DNA from: Octopus bimaculoides
Lineage: Eukaryota
NCBI RefSeq assembly: GCF_001194135.2
Contig: NC_068992.1
Span: 33,423,715 to 33,487,714 of the forward strand
DNA: 64,000 bases
Direction of reading: 5' to 3'
The notes beneath the pieces are model-generated. The model saw only the letters and a list, made by a program, of their open reading frames with translations, was not told the origin of the DNA and searched no databases. Made by a program: the position numbers and the translations under genes. Shown here in pieces: positions 1-12,291 of this stretch (its first letter is position 1; every line of letters begins with the position of its first letter).

Positions 1-8
1 TGATGATG

Positions 9-47
<39 letters not shown>
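1..47 (+). repeat. (TGA)n/(TTA)n microsatellite
   Basis: Trinucleotide run visible directly in the sequence. Confidence 0.95.
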
Positions 48-49
<2 letters not shown>

Positions 50-265
50 GTCAGCGAGTTGGCTGAATCATTAGCACACTGGGAGAAATGCTTAGCTGTA
101 TTTTGTCTGCCACTATGTTCTGAGTTCAAATTCTACCAAGGTTGACTATGCCTTTCATCCTTTTGGGGTCGATAAATTAAGTACCAGTCAAATACTGAGG
201 TCGATGTAATCAATTATCCTCCTTTCAACAAATTTCAGGCTTTGTGCCTATAGTAGAATGAATTA
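48..265 (+). mobile_element. SINE-like interspersed repeat, family A
   Basis: GCGAGTTGGCTGAATCATTAGCA...TTCTGAGTTCAAATT...GGGGTCGATAAATTAAGTACCAG is shared with copies at 5437, 13811 (minus), 35004 and 61082; ends in (ATT)n. Confidence 0.8.
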
Positions 266-279
266 TCATTATTATTATT

Positions 280-817
280 GAGTGAAAGAGCAGTGCATGT
301 CATCAAAGTGACACTGGGATAGAAATATACAAAGCCCAATATACCAATCAAGACTACTCACCTGATTAGGGTACACCAGGCACATGCATCACAACCATAT
401 GTGTGTGATATTGTGATCCCATATCAAGATAAACAGGACATGACCTTGCAGGTGGGACTCAGAATTTTCTTCAGGTCGAGTGGCCATCCCATTCAAACGG
501 TCCCTGAATAAGGTTTGTTTAAGGATGATGAACAAAACACCTATTTTTCCAGAGGTGAATAATTTAAACCCCTAAGAATTCCTCTCAACACATGGCTATG
601 ATGCTCTCCCACTACTTCTGCTCACAATCAGAGATGCACGCTCCATCAACCACCAAGGGGCATGCTCAACTGGTTATGGTCAAGTGATTGACAAGCAAAT
701 CTGTGGTATTAAGCAGAATATTTGCTGCAACCAAGACAAAACATATAGATGACAACACTTTCAATCAGTTAAGATCAGAAGCTATGAGAGCCACTACCTG
801 GTACTGCATCAGGGCAT
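280..817. mobile_element. Non-coding ~540-bp interspersed repeat, family B, flanked by (ATT)n
   Basis: Homologous copies at 27803-28064 and 29758-30289 (inverted); GAGTGAAAGAGCAGTGCATG start and GTACTGCATCAGGGCAT end. Confidence 0.85.
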
Positions 818-869
818 GTATCATTCTCCTTCTTATTATTATTGTTTTTGTTATTGTTCGAAAGCTGTT

Positions 870-1696
870 ACATGCTAGATTAATTAGCATATTATCCTGG
901 GGTTTAGCAAAGAAAAGTCTTTCCAAATCTCAAGCTCTCTCTCTTGGGTTTCTTGCAAAATATAGGATGACACTTTTCTGCAGGTCAACAATACCTTTCT
1001 CAGTTCCAGTTTGTCTTTCAGTGTCTTAGGTAGCAGTTTGGAGTTTTGACTGAATGCGCCAATTACAACTGGAACAATTTCCACTTTTGTCTTCTACAAT
1101 CTCTTCATTTCCTTGGATAGATCCTGATATTTCCTAATTTTCTTGGTATCCACTATGTTATCATACTGTTTCAACAGTATGGCCAATCATTTTATTGAAA
1201 TCCTGTAAATATCAATCACCATCACAATCTCTGGCTCTGGCTCACATACTATTCCTTCATCACTTTGAAGCCATAAATTTGGATAGCATACCAATACACT
1301 CTTTCACTCGTACATTTATATCTGAGTTTATACATTTTCGTACTTGTCTGCTGCTCTTACTTAAGATGGTTAATACAAATAATTACATCTTTTCTTCCAA
1401 ACATTTTGCATTTGCTTTCTGCTTGAGTTTTGCCAATTTTTGTCTTCTTCAAGTTCGTTCAAAGGGTATGTTTCTGAACAACTATAATCAATGATTTGGT
1501 TTCTCATTTCAGATTTTCATCTCTCAGTCACAACCAGTGTTCTTTATTCAAACATCCTCAGTTTATCACATGAAGTGGCCATGCAATTCTCTTTCCAGCT
1601 ATTTGTCCTGTCTTTCTTTTTCTGTTCTTGAACTCTCTTACTATTTCAGTGACATTTTGGATATTCATGGCTACAGACGGTACTCTTACTTTACCA
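870..1696 (-). mobile_element. R4/Dong-like RLE non-LTR retrotransposon, decayed 3' part
   Basis: Minus-strand remnants ELHGHF, ETKSLII and EIVPVVIGA match the RLE LINE C-terminus; many stops and frameshifts. Confidence 0.75.
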
Positions 1697-2982
1697 CATC
1701 ATCGTTTAACGTCCGCTTTCTATGCTAGCATGGGGTTGGACGATTTGACTGAGGACTGGCAAGCCAGATGGCTGCACCAGGCTCTAATCTGATCTGGCAG
1801 AGTTTCTACAGTTGGATGCCCTTCCTAACGCCAACCACTCCGAGAGTGTAGTGGGTGCTTTTATGTGCCACAGGCACAAGGGCCAGTCACATGGTACTGG
1901 CAACGGCCACGCTCAAAAAGGTGTTTTTTACGTGCCACCTGCACAGGAGCCAGTCCAGCGGCACTGGCAACGACCTTGCTCGAATGATTTTCTAATGTGC
2001 CACCAGCACAAGTGCTAGAAGGCAGCGCTGGTAACGATTATGCTCAAATGGTGCTATTTATGGGCCACTAGCATGGAAGCCAGACAGCTGCTCTGGCAAT
2101 GAACACACTAGGACAGTGCTGTTACTGCTCCACTGGCACAGGTGCCAGTCATCGAGTATGGTTCAATTATGATTTCGATTTCACTTGCCCCAACAGGTCT
2201 TTGCAAGCAGAGTTTAGTGTCCAATGAAGGAGAGGTTGGCATGGGGGCCAGTCGTCAGATTCATTTCGATTTCAGATTTCAAATTTCAAATTCCAAATTC
2301 ACTTGCCTCAACAGGTCTTCGTAAGCAGGGTTTTTGGTGTCCAATGAAGTATAGATACGAATTAGTGAGCTGGCTACACTTCTGGCAGAGGTCACAGATT
2401 ATGATCTCATTTGCCTTGCTGGGTCTTCTAACATACTGCATATTTCCAAAGGTCTCGGTCACTGGTCATTGTCTCAGTGAGGCCTAAAGTTCGAAGGTCA
2501 TGCTTCACCACCTCAGCCCAGGTCTTCCTGGATCTACCTCTTCCACAGGTTCCCTCAACCGCTAGGGTGTGACACTTTTTCACACAGCTATCCTCATCCA
2601 TTCATACCACATGACCATACCAGCGCAGTCGTCTCTCTTGCACACCACAACTGATGCTTCTTAGGTCTAACTTTTCTCTCAAGGTATTTACACTCTGTCA
2701 AGTATGCAGACTTACATTACACATCCACCGGAGCATACTGGCTTCGTTTCTTGCAAGCTTATACATGTCCTCAGCAGTCACAGCCCATGTTTCACTGCCA
2801 TGTAGCATGGCTGTTCATACGCATGTGTCATACAGTCTGCCTTTTACTCTGAGTGAGAGGCCTTTTGTCACCAGTAGAGGTAAGAGCTCTCTAAACTTTG
2901 CCCGGGCTATTCTTATTCTAGCAGCTACACTTTCAGTGCACCCTCCCTTGCTACAAACTTGATCACCTAGGTAGCGGAAGCT
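1697..2982 (-). mobile_element. RTE LINE, 5'-truncated, inserted into the R4-like element
   Basis: (CAT)n tail at 1697, the 3'UTR shared by all RTE copies here, and an ORF2 C-terminus homologous to 30772-31550. Confidence 0.9.
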
Positions 2983-4060
2983 TTTTTCAAGCCCAATATT
3001 GCAATACTGTTGGTATCTTCTATGTTTAACAAACCTCTGCCTCCATTTCTTCTTGGTATGTAGAGTGTATTGATAGTACTTTTAAGATATCGTACTGTGT
3101 GCAGCTTAGTTCTTCTATTCAAAACCTGTAACTTTGTCTTTGTCTACTTTAGAGAAGAAACAAATTATCTCAGCATTGGCTTGGCCCACGTATTGATTGC
3201 ATTGATAACATTCCTTTCATTAAACTTTGTTTCAGGCATTTTCTCAATCCTTCTGTCATACTTTTTGGAAACTTTCTCATTTCTATTTCCATCAGCTTAT
3301 TATCATCTTGCAATACCCCTAGATGCTTGTATCCTTCATTATCTTACAGTAATCTAGTAATATCATCTTGTGATATCTTTATACTATCAAATTTAGTCTT
3401 TCATTCTCTCTTCATAATTTAAATGGCACCCTTATTCACTCTAAAATCTGTATACCAATATCCTTGCTAAACACTCTTACTGTTTGGACAAGAGAGTCCA
3501 AGTTTTTCATAATTGGTGTATAGTTTGTGGTCATTCGCAAATAACATGATTTATTCTTACTCTACTTGTAGAAAACCAGTTTGAATTTTCTCAGTATTCT
3601 TCTCAAAAGAAGTAACATGATCACACAAAGTAATAGACAGTGCAAGTCTCTCTGAAACATCCTCCAGAATATTCTTGCACTTCCTTATGATTCAAGTCAA
3701 CATTTTAGTTCAACTTTTCATGATTTCATTGCCTTTTCTAAAATCTCTTTTCATTTTCTCATTGACCCTGACTGTCTTTAGGAACTCCAAAAGGTAACAA
3801 TGTGATGCATTATTGCATGCTTTCTTGTAATCTATTCAATCCACAGCTTAGTATCATACTATTGATCTGCAGTTCCCTTTAACTTCTTTCTGCATCCTTA
3901 TTCCATTTTCTGGTAATAGAGTTTTCTTCACTAGATGCCTATGCAATTCATTTATTATGAGGCCAGTTTGTAATTTCCAGAGTAACAGTAAGCATGTAAT
4001 AGGCCTATAATTACTGACAATTCTTCATGGGAATAATAAATATAAAACTATTACTCTGTA
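2983..4060 (-). mobile_element. R4/Dong-like LINE, decayed RT region (continuation of 870-1696)
   Basis: Minus-strand remnants SNYRPITCL, LFANDHKLY..LDSLVQTVRVFSKDIG and TLYIPRRNGGRGLLNIED occur in the expected order. Confidence 0.8.
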
Positions 4061-5436
4061 GAAAATTTAGGCTTGGGACATAATACTTGATTCTGATTGC
4101 AGAGTAGTAAATATTTTACTTAGCATTTCCCATAGACTGAATTTCTTCTCAAACATTTACATATTTGTCATGTTTATACAAGAGTGACATATTCCATATA
4201 CTTAATACATTTTAGCTGCAGAAGCCATAGCTGCTATTAAAGGATTAGACCCTAATTTTCTTTCTGCAATAGAAAAGCATACATAAAGATGATGATGATG
4301 AATATAAAAGAGCAGTCAGCACAAGTAATAACGGCGGAATTGAAGTATGAACCTTTTAACAACAGCAATCTTTACTTAGCTTAAGTGATTCCCATTTGTT
4401 AGCACAAAGTAAAGAAACCACAGAATAGTAGAATATTTTCAACATCATTCACTGGTTATCTGCTGAATGGGATCAAGTGAAAACCTCAATGGAAACACCT
4501 TTGATTCTGAATCGAATGCTCTGTCAAATTCCAGTGAAAGCCCAATTCAAAGCAGAATTTAGGTCACACAATTCCAGTACAAAAAATCTTTAGAATTATT
4601 TCACTTGGTGTACTTCCTATTTCTGTTTGAATACTCAGAATAATATATCCCATCATAAATATTTCTAAAGGTTTTTAACATATGCAAATATACACCCTGT
4701 AGTAAAATGGAATTTATAGAAATCTTTCATTTCAAGATTCCAATATATTAAGTTATACAACATTAAGAAGAAAATCCAAACTAAAAATATAACAAAGACA
4801 TCACCCCTTTCTTAACTCTGTGTAATCTATGGATTTTGCCGGCAAAGACTTTCTCTGGCATACATCAATGTCACATTCATTCCATTTTAAATACAGTTTG
4901 TGTTGGCAAGGAATAATGTATGATTGATTCATGAGAAAGAATGTATGCACATACAAAGATACAATGTTCTATAAGCTTGCATGCATATAAGAAATTAAAC
5001 CAACAGAATTTCTTTCAGTCTAATTGATTGTTTTTCTTTCAAACATTATGCTAACACTAGAATGATGAAAATAGATTATTACAAAACTGATAAAAGTTAG
5101 GAAATTAAAACTATTAACTTCAAACAACACCTCACCTGTTATATTTCTGACTTTCAACCAATTCACAAGATGTGGATATGTATGATTGTAAACAAAAATA
5201 AAAGCTAGAGATATTTCATGTTCAGCTTATTAAAAATTAAATCTATCACGGTTCTGTAGTTGTACATGTTGGAGTGTGACTTGGTCTGATATAGTAGTAT
5301 TAAACTGTAACAAATGCATCATGTTAGTTGAAATAGACATCTAAATACATACACCATAATATTTGCTGTTCACATTTATTGTAATATAGTTAAAATTCAT
5401 TTATCCAAAATGCTTTAGACTGGAAAAAGACAAATT

Positions 5437-5560
5437 AGCTGAGTTGTTACAACATCAGGCGAAATGTTTTGTGCTATTTATTCTGGTTCCCTGCATAATG
5501 AGTTCAAATTCAACTTCAGATTTGTTTTTCATCCTTCCAGGGTTTATAAGGTAGCAGTCA
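5437..5560 (+). repeat. Degenerate family A SINE-like copy
   Basis: AGCTGAGTTGTTAC..GGCGAAATG..GAGTTCAAATTC..TTTTCATCCTTCCAGGG resembles 48-265. Confidence 0.5.
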
Positions 5561-6263
5561 GTTCAGGGGTAATTGGGGTGGAGGAAGAATTTGAGCATTT
5601 GGCCAGGTGCTTTGCAGTGTTTGGTTTGTTTCCTTGCATTTTGAGTTCAAATCCTGCAGTGACCTACTTTACCACCACCACATTGTCTTTGAGTACCTTT
5701 AGTAATGTCGTTCACTCTGTTGCAAGCATTTAGTTTAGATCTCCAATTTGAGAAATCACCCACCTTTCCACTTGTCTGAAGATGGTCATGTGGATGATGT
5801 ATTTTTTTCTAACTAAAAAATTGTTTTGAATTTCAATTGTTTTCAGTTTCAGGATGATGGTATAAGATTTTGGAATAACTGTATACATGTGACTATAAAG
5901 TGGGGCAGCTTGAGGATAGAACCCATGCTTTAAAATGTTATCTATTTACATTCTATAAAACAGATTATATTTTCACTGTGAAGGTTGTTTTATATAAAAT
6001 TGATGCTAGTTCACTTTTGCACTTGTACGAATTCCACTTTGGTTGCAAAACAGATCTACCTATTACATTTATGCACAGTGCAAATGGCATAAGTGACATT
6101 ACTCCCAACAGCAGATGGCTTGATGCGTGGCTAGCGATAGTAGTACATTTCCAAGGAATCTTCTGAACACTTTCTAAAATTCTACATTTCTAGTGCTTCT
6201 TTCCCTTAAAAATAAATTTGGGATTTGGACCTTTCAGATTTCAGAATTTCAGATAAAGTATTA

Positions 6264-8006
6264 CACTGAAGAACATTTTTGAAAAAGTTTTAGTTGTCTT
6301 GTTTTTTACTATTAGTTTTACCTAATTTGATGGTGCTGGGATCAGAAATGCCCTCAGAAATTTTCTTTCACATCAAGTTTTTGTGGAAAAGGAATTAATT
6401 TTTTACCAAAAAATATCAATTTTGCCATTAAATATAATACTGAAATAAGAAAGTGATGCAAACCAAACAGTACTCTTTATTGTTTAACAGATATGTTGCA
6501 CAAAATGTTTAATTACACATCTTAAGACAGATATTTCTGCCAAAATAGAGCTTCAGCTACTCAAGGAGTGAATTTTCTTTCTCTTTGCTGCTTTACAAGT
6601 ATAACTTGCATCATGACAGTCTCTTTCCAGAGACCAGCAGTAGTCAGCCATCATGGTTGTGTTTCACCAACCTTGGTAACTAGTCTCCATTTCTGTGGTA
6701 GAATCTGTCTCCTTCCTCATCACTTATAGCACAATGATTTTCAGGGAAGTAGTTCATATGATTGTGCAGGAAATGCATTTTTACACTCATGTTGCAGCCC
6801 AGTGTTTAAAAACTGGTTACCATGGCCTGCACAAGTTCTTCATAATTTGATGATTCCTGTTTCCCAGGAAATCAGACACAGCTGCAACAAAGCATCCCAT
6901 GCTTCTTTTTCAACATCAGACACGGTCTCCAAAAGCAACTTATCCTACAATAGCCACTTAATCGGTGACCCACCAAACAGACCAAACTTAATTTTCTCTC
7001 AAGACAAAACTGGAAGCTTTCTGATTAAGTATTTGAAATAGTCACTGTCTCAGTGTTTCAACACATGTTTTACACAGTGGGGTGCCCAGGCTTTTTTTTT
7101 GATCCACTTGTTCCATGCCAAAGTAAGTAAAGTAAGCCCTCATCACAAAATCTGTGATTTTGTTTTGCTGCCTAGGTAAAGTGTAACATCTACAAAAATA
7201 TAGCAGAAGACATCAGGGCTGTTTTTGCATTGTTTTCTCTCACAACTGGCCATATTTCTGAAATACATAACATATATTCAAGCTGATTGTCACTTGATAA
7301 AGGCTTTTTTAGAATTGTCAACAGTTATAGAGTAAGCAAATGCAGACTTGTGATGGCAAAGTTCCATAAAGAGCATACATACCATGAAGTTCTTTCAACA
7401 GTTTTTTGACCATGCTTGACAAAAAGTGACCTTGACCCATGTAACCTCACAATTCAAACATTAAGGGCATATTCAAAACACCAATTTTCATAAGAAATAG
7501 TTAAAGATTCAAAAAAACATGTCTCACCTGGTTTGCAATGATAATCACACTTAATCAAGCACAGTATGGGCACTTCTGCAGATAAATTCCACAAACATGA
7601 TATATGTTTGATATGAAGGACCACAGAAATGAGCTTGTTTTTTAAGATGTGATTGAATAAAGGACAATTCTGTCATCATCATGACATTTAAAACTGGTTA
7701 GATTGAAAATAGTGGAAGTTGCTCAAGTTTGATGCTTTTCATTTTGTAGTTGCAGTTACTTTAAATGATGTTGAAAAACTGTTTTCAATGCTATGCCAAA
7801 CTCCATATATGGTTCTGCATTTGATGAAAGCAAATCTATTCTAAAAATTAGCGACAATACTGGAAATGTTGAAAAATGGACATTTCGACCTTGAGAAAAA
7901 TCTTGATGTGATAGAGAGAAATGGATTTCATTTTTGGAAATCAACACCCCAAAATTATGAAAAAACATATCTCCAACACCTGATGACAAAACCATGTTCT
8001 CCAGTT
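6264..8006 (-). mobile_element. Chapaev3-like (CMC superfamily) DNA transposon, internally deleted
   Basis: Termini CACTGAAGAACAT (6264) and ATGTTCTCCAGTT (ends 8006); subterminal imperfect inverted repeat containing CTTGATGTGA; TTA on both flanks (6261-6263, 8007-8009); transposase remnants inside. Confidence 0.85.
6625..7253 (-). pseudogene. Chapaev3-type transposase remnant (N- and C-termini joined by a deletion)
   Basis: ATG at 7253 gives MASCERKQCKNSPDVFCYI..ITDFVMRAY..WAPH, then YFKYL..DFLGN..NYEELV..LGCNMSVKMHFLHNHMNYFPEN..MMADYCWSLERD; stops and frameshifts. Confidence 0.85.
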
Positions 8007-8057
8007 TTATCTGTGTATACAACAGAACTGCAAAATAAAACAATTTACGAAGCCAAT

Positions 8058-8891
8058 CCCTGAAAGTGGATGGTACCCATGGAAGAGAGAGGCCCAAGAA
8101 GACATGGGATGAAGTGGTAAGGACTAATCTCAGGAAGTTGGACCTCACAGAGGAAATGACCATGGACCGAGATGTCAGATGATATGAAGTTCTTGAGAAG
8201 ACCCACCCACATCAGTGAAACTGAGTTCTAGAAGCGTTGTGTCAAAAACTTCTCACACACTCTACCACAATGAACCAAACTACGTCTCTACATCCCTCCT
8301 CTTCCTCACATTTCCACTTCATGTACTATGATTACCTCCTAATCCCCAGTCTTGTCCTCTTAGCCTGGTCCCACTATATCATTGTTCTCTGCATGCCCCT
8401 GACCTGTGCATTCTACCCACATGCATTGTCTCACTTTATTATTGCCATTTGTTAGCCACCAACATGAGTGTTCCACCCACACATGACAAGAAAACTTTTC
8501 CCTCACCCTACCCCAACTAACCAATTTACATCTTTTCTCTTCCTCGCATTTCCTCCTTCATTCACTATGGCTACTTTTCATTCCTTGCCTAGCTCTCACT
8601 CCACAATCCTGTCCTTGCACCTCTGTTCCTCTGTATCATTTCTCTCCAGTAGCCCCTCCAACTCTGTATATACCCAGGTCTTTTGCTACTTACTCGCACT
8701 CTTTGATTACACTCACTTCGTAATATCCTGTCATTTATATTATGGCATTTGAACCTCAAGGGCATGCCCTGGCACTTGCCACTATCTATATCTCTCTCTT
8801 CGTTTACACAACCATCTCATTTATACTTTGATCCCCATTCCTTGTGAACATGCCCGGCATTTTGCCACCATCTCCACCCTGTTGTCTGCCC

Positions 8892-8939
<48 letters not shown>

Positions 8940-9372
8940 CTCCTCCTCCTCCTCCTCCTCCTCCTGCACTTCTCTCAGGTTGGGCAACCATGTATTTTCT
9001 TTGTGGTAGCACACTTTTTTCTGTCTTCATTCCTGATCTTTCTCTCTCCAGCCGTGTAACCGTGTACTTCCTCATCAGCGAGACACCTATATCTGTCTCA
9101 CTATAACCTTTTCATCATCACCTCCTCCAATGCCTCCTCCCCTCTTAAAAGTTTTTGTCTTGCAAGTACTTGGTGACCCTGTCAGTGCAGGTGCTACTTA
9201 AAAGGACCCAGTCCACATTGTAAAGTGGTTGGTGTTAGGAAGGGCATCCAGCTGTAAAAATCCTGCCAAACAGTCACAGAAGTCTGATGGAGGCTTCAGC
9301 ATGGCCGGCTCTTGTGGTATTGTCCCACCTGTGCTAGCATGGAACATGGGCGTTAAATGATGATGATGATGG
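8058..9372 (+). mobile_element. Old RTE LINE 3' end with long pyrimidine-rich 3'UTR and (GAT)n tail
   Basis: RERPKKTWDEVVR-type C-terminal remnant at 8058-8200; RTE-type tail GTTAGGAAGGGCATCCAGCTGTA..GCTAGCATGGAA..GTTAAATGATGAT at 9230-9372; internal (CT)n(CCT)n. Confidence 0.65.
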
Positions 9373-9563
9373 AGTAGTATGTACAAGTTTTTAAATATCA
9401 GGTCATCCCATAAGTTCTGTCCGATTTTACCTTTTTTAAAACTGAATGAAATTTAATAGTATTTAAGAATGTCTAATGGAATTTAAAATTATTTTTATGC
9501 ATTTGTGTACATTTAAACTAATTAAATATTATTTTACAGAATAATAGAATTGAAATTTCTTTC

Positions 9564-9876
9564 AGTTCTATATTTAAGAGATGTGGAATTATGTGCATTA
9601 TTTATATTATTTACATTCAACGGATATTTGTCCTCATCTTGCTTGTTGTTAACACAATGTATCGGCTGATACACCCTCCAGCCTTCTTTGGGTGTCTTGG
9701 GGAAATTTCAAACCTGGGTTCTCATTCCTAAGGTATTTTCGATGTTATTATTATTATTATTGTTGTTGTTGTTGTTATTATTATTAATATCGTCCAGGTC
9801 ACTGCTTGGAATCGAACTCGGAATCTTGGGGTTAGTAGCCCACGCTCTTAACCACTACGCCATATGCTCGTGGGTA
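9564..9876 (-). mobile_element. tRNA-derived SINE-like element with internal (AAT)n and an HHR-remnant tail
   Basis: Minus-strand A box TGGCGTAGTGG (9852-9862) and B box GAGTTCGATTCC (9808-9819); tail matches 12292-12456 in inverted orientation. Confidence 0.75.
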
Positions 9877-9877
9877 A

Positions 9878-10131
9878 TAGATAAAAAAGAAGAGTGCCAT
9901 AATTAAATTTGTTGAACGATATTTTGGTATCTCGCGTACCTTCAACGGGTTCAAAATTCGATATGTCAGTCTGCTTCATTTTTTATAAATGATATTAGGA
10001 CTGCTATGACTTCTCTAGAAGGAATATGTAGATAAAAATTAAAAATTCAAATTCGTTCAACAAATTTAATTATGGCACTCTTCTTTTTTATCTACATATT
10101 CCTTCCAAAGGAGTCATAGCAGTCCTAATAT
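9878..10131. repeat. Interleaved inverted repeats
   Basis: 9878-9919 is the perfect reverse complement of 10053-10094 (42 bp); 9992-10038 versus 10085-10131 matches 44/47. Confidence 0.95.
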
Positions 10132-10132
10132 T

Positions 10133-12271
10133 ATATACGTTTATGGAAGAGAATAACCTCTTTCCCACTGAACAAAAAGGATGCAGACGAGGCTCATACA
10201 GATGCAAAGATCAGCTCTTAATTAATCGCATGATCCTTGAGAACTGCTATAACAAGCGCAGAAATCTCAGTTCTTCATGGATTGATTATAAAAACGCCTT
10301 TGACAGCATACCACATTCGTGGATTCTGAAATCGCTGGACATATTCAACATTTCTTCTGTGATTTCAAATTTTTTAAAGTATAATATGTCACTATAGAAC
10401 ACAAAGCTCCTTTTATATCATTCTAATGGAGTATTGCACTCAAACAATATTAGCATAAACTGTGGCATTTTCCAAGGTGACTCACCTTCACCACTAATTT
10501 TCTGCATAGTACTAATACCACTCTCAAGTGAACTGAATAAAACAGTGTATGGCTACAAAATTGACAACAGGAAAATAAGCCATCTATTTTATATGGATGA
10601 TTTCAAACTATATGGAAAAGATGATGAAGAGCTTGAAGGACTACTACATACTGTGAAAGGATTCAGTGATGATATCGGGATGGAGTTTGGCCTTGAAAAG
10701 TGTGCCAAAGCCACTTTTAAGAAAGGGAAACTGGTAAAGTCAAGTTCAATAGAATTAGATGTCGAAACAGTAATAAAAGAACTTGAGCAGGAATAAACCT
10801 ATAAATACCCAGGAATAAATAAAGGCATTGGTATCCAGCATGCAAGCATGAAAGAGAAGGTTAGGAAGGAATGTTATAGAAGAGTTCGAGCAGTTCTGAA
10901 GTCTGAGCTGAATGCATATAACAAGGTGTTAGCCATAAATTCCTTAGCAGTCCCAGCTGTTCTTTATACCTTCAATGTGCTTAACTGGAATACCAGTGAA
11001 ATGATGAAAATTGATAGAAAAATCCACAACCTACTGACTTGTAATAAGATGCACCACCCAAAGGCAGACGTGGATCGTTTTACCTTCCCAGAGCTCAGGG
11101 AGGTCAAGGCTTGATCCAGCTTGAACTTACGTACAAAACCACCACAATTGGACTGGCCAAATACCTTGAAACAACCAACGATTGGATGCTGAAACTTGTT
11201 GAAAAACATGAAAGACCAGAGCAAAAAATTCGCTACTGATCTCTTAGATACCTACCAGTTTGATCAGGCTGAAGAAAATGCGCCAACTGCTGCTGCAAAG
11301 AAAATAAAATTAATTGCAAAGACAAAAGCACATGAAAAATTAGCTAGCAGATGGGAACAGAAACCTCTGCATGGCAAGTATGTGGCTCGTAGCAAACAAG
11401 CTGATGTCGACCAGAAACACATGCATCAATGGTTACGAAGTTCAGGGCTAAAAGCAGAGAGTGAAGGCTTCATATTAGCTGCTCAAGACCAAAGCTTATT
11501 AACCCAGAACTACCAAGTTAATGTGAAAAAAATGGAGCTGACCCAAAATGCCGATTCTGTAACGATGCGATTGAAACTATAGACCACATAATCTCAGGGT
11601 GTAGAGTATTAGCACCTGTAGAATATAAAGCAAAACATGACAGAGTCGGCCAATATGTCGGCATTATAAAATCAAAACCGCTGACAAATGATATAAACAC
11701 CATCCTGAAGCTGTGACTGAGGGAGAAAATGTATTGATTCTGCGGGACTTCCCTGTATGTACCGACAAAAGTATAAAAGCTAATAAACCAGATATTATTA
11801 TAAAAGATCAGACAAAGAAGACATGTTTATTAATTGAAATGAGTATTCCTTGCAATCACAATATAGCGGCAAAAGAATTTGACAAGATCAGTAAATATAA
11901 AGACTTGCTAATAGAAATTGAAAAAATGTGGCACCTCAAGGCGACTACCGTACTAGTGATTGTAGGATCTCTAGGAATGATAAAAAAAGGTACTGAAACC
12001 TATTTGAAAATGATACCAGGCCTATCATCCCTAAAGGAAGCACAAAAAATTGTGTTAACTGGAGCGACTCAGTACTGAGAAGAGCCTTATCGCTGTGAAA
12101 ACAACATCCATTCATGAATTTATTTATTTATTAATTTTTCTTAATACATATTTTACCTGTGAATTTGCGTGTGTAAACTGGGAATGCATACAATGAGTTT
12201 CTCTGCCCTAGGTGTACGGAAAACACTCGGCAAGAAATGGAAGAAAATTTGAAGAAAGAAGAAAAACAAAC
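10133..12271 (+). mobile_element. R4/Dong-like RLE LINE, 5'-truncated, followed by (AAT)n
   Basis: EQKGCRRGS, WIDYKNAFDSIPHSW, FQGDSPSPLIF, YMDDFKLY, HPKADVDR, LHGKY, ESEGFILAAQDQ, CCHC remnant, PDIIIKD..IEMSIP..KYKDL; frameshifted. Confidence 0.95.
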
Positions 12272-12291
12272 ATAATAATAATAATAATTAA

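Noticed and set aside
2654-2962. Recurrent plus-strand ORFs such as MLLRSNFSLK / SSAVTAHVSLP
   Set aside because: Antisense frames of RTE ORF2, not separate genes.
7866-8063. 65-aa ORF MLKNGHFDLEKN
   Set aside because: Lies in the non-coding subterminal repeat of the Chapaev3-like element.
9790-9876. tRNA gene
   Set aside because: A and B boxes are present, but I could not form a full cloverleaf with an acceptor stem and it is fused to a repeat tail; called a SINE head.
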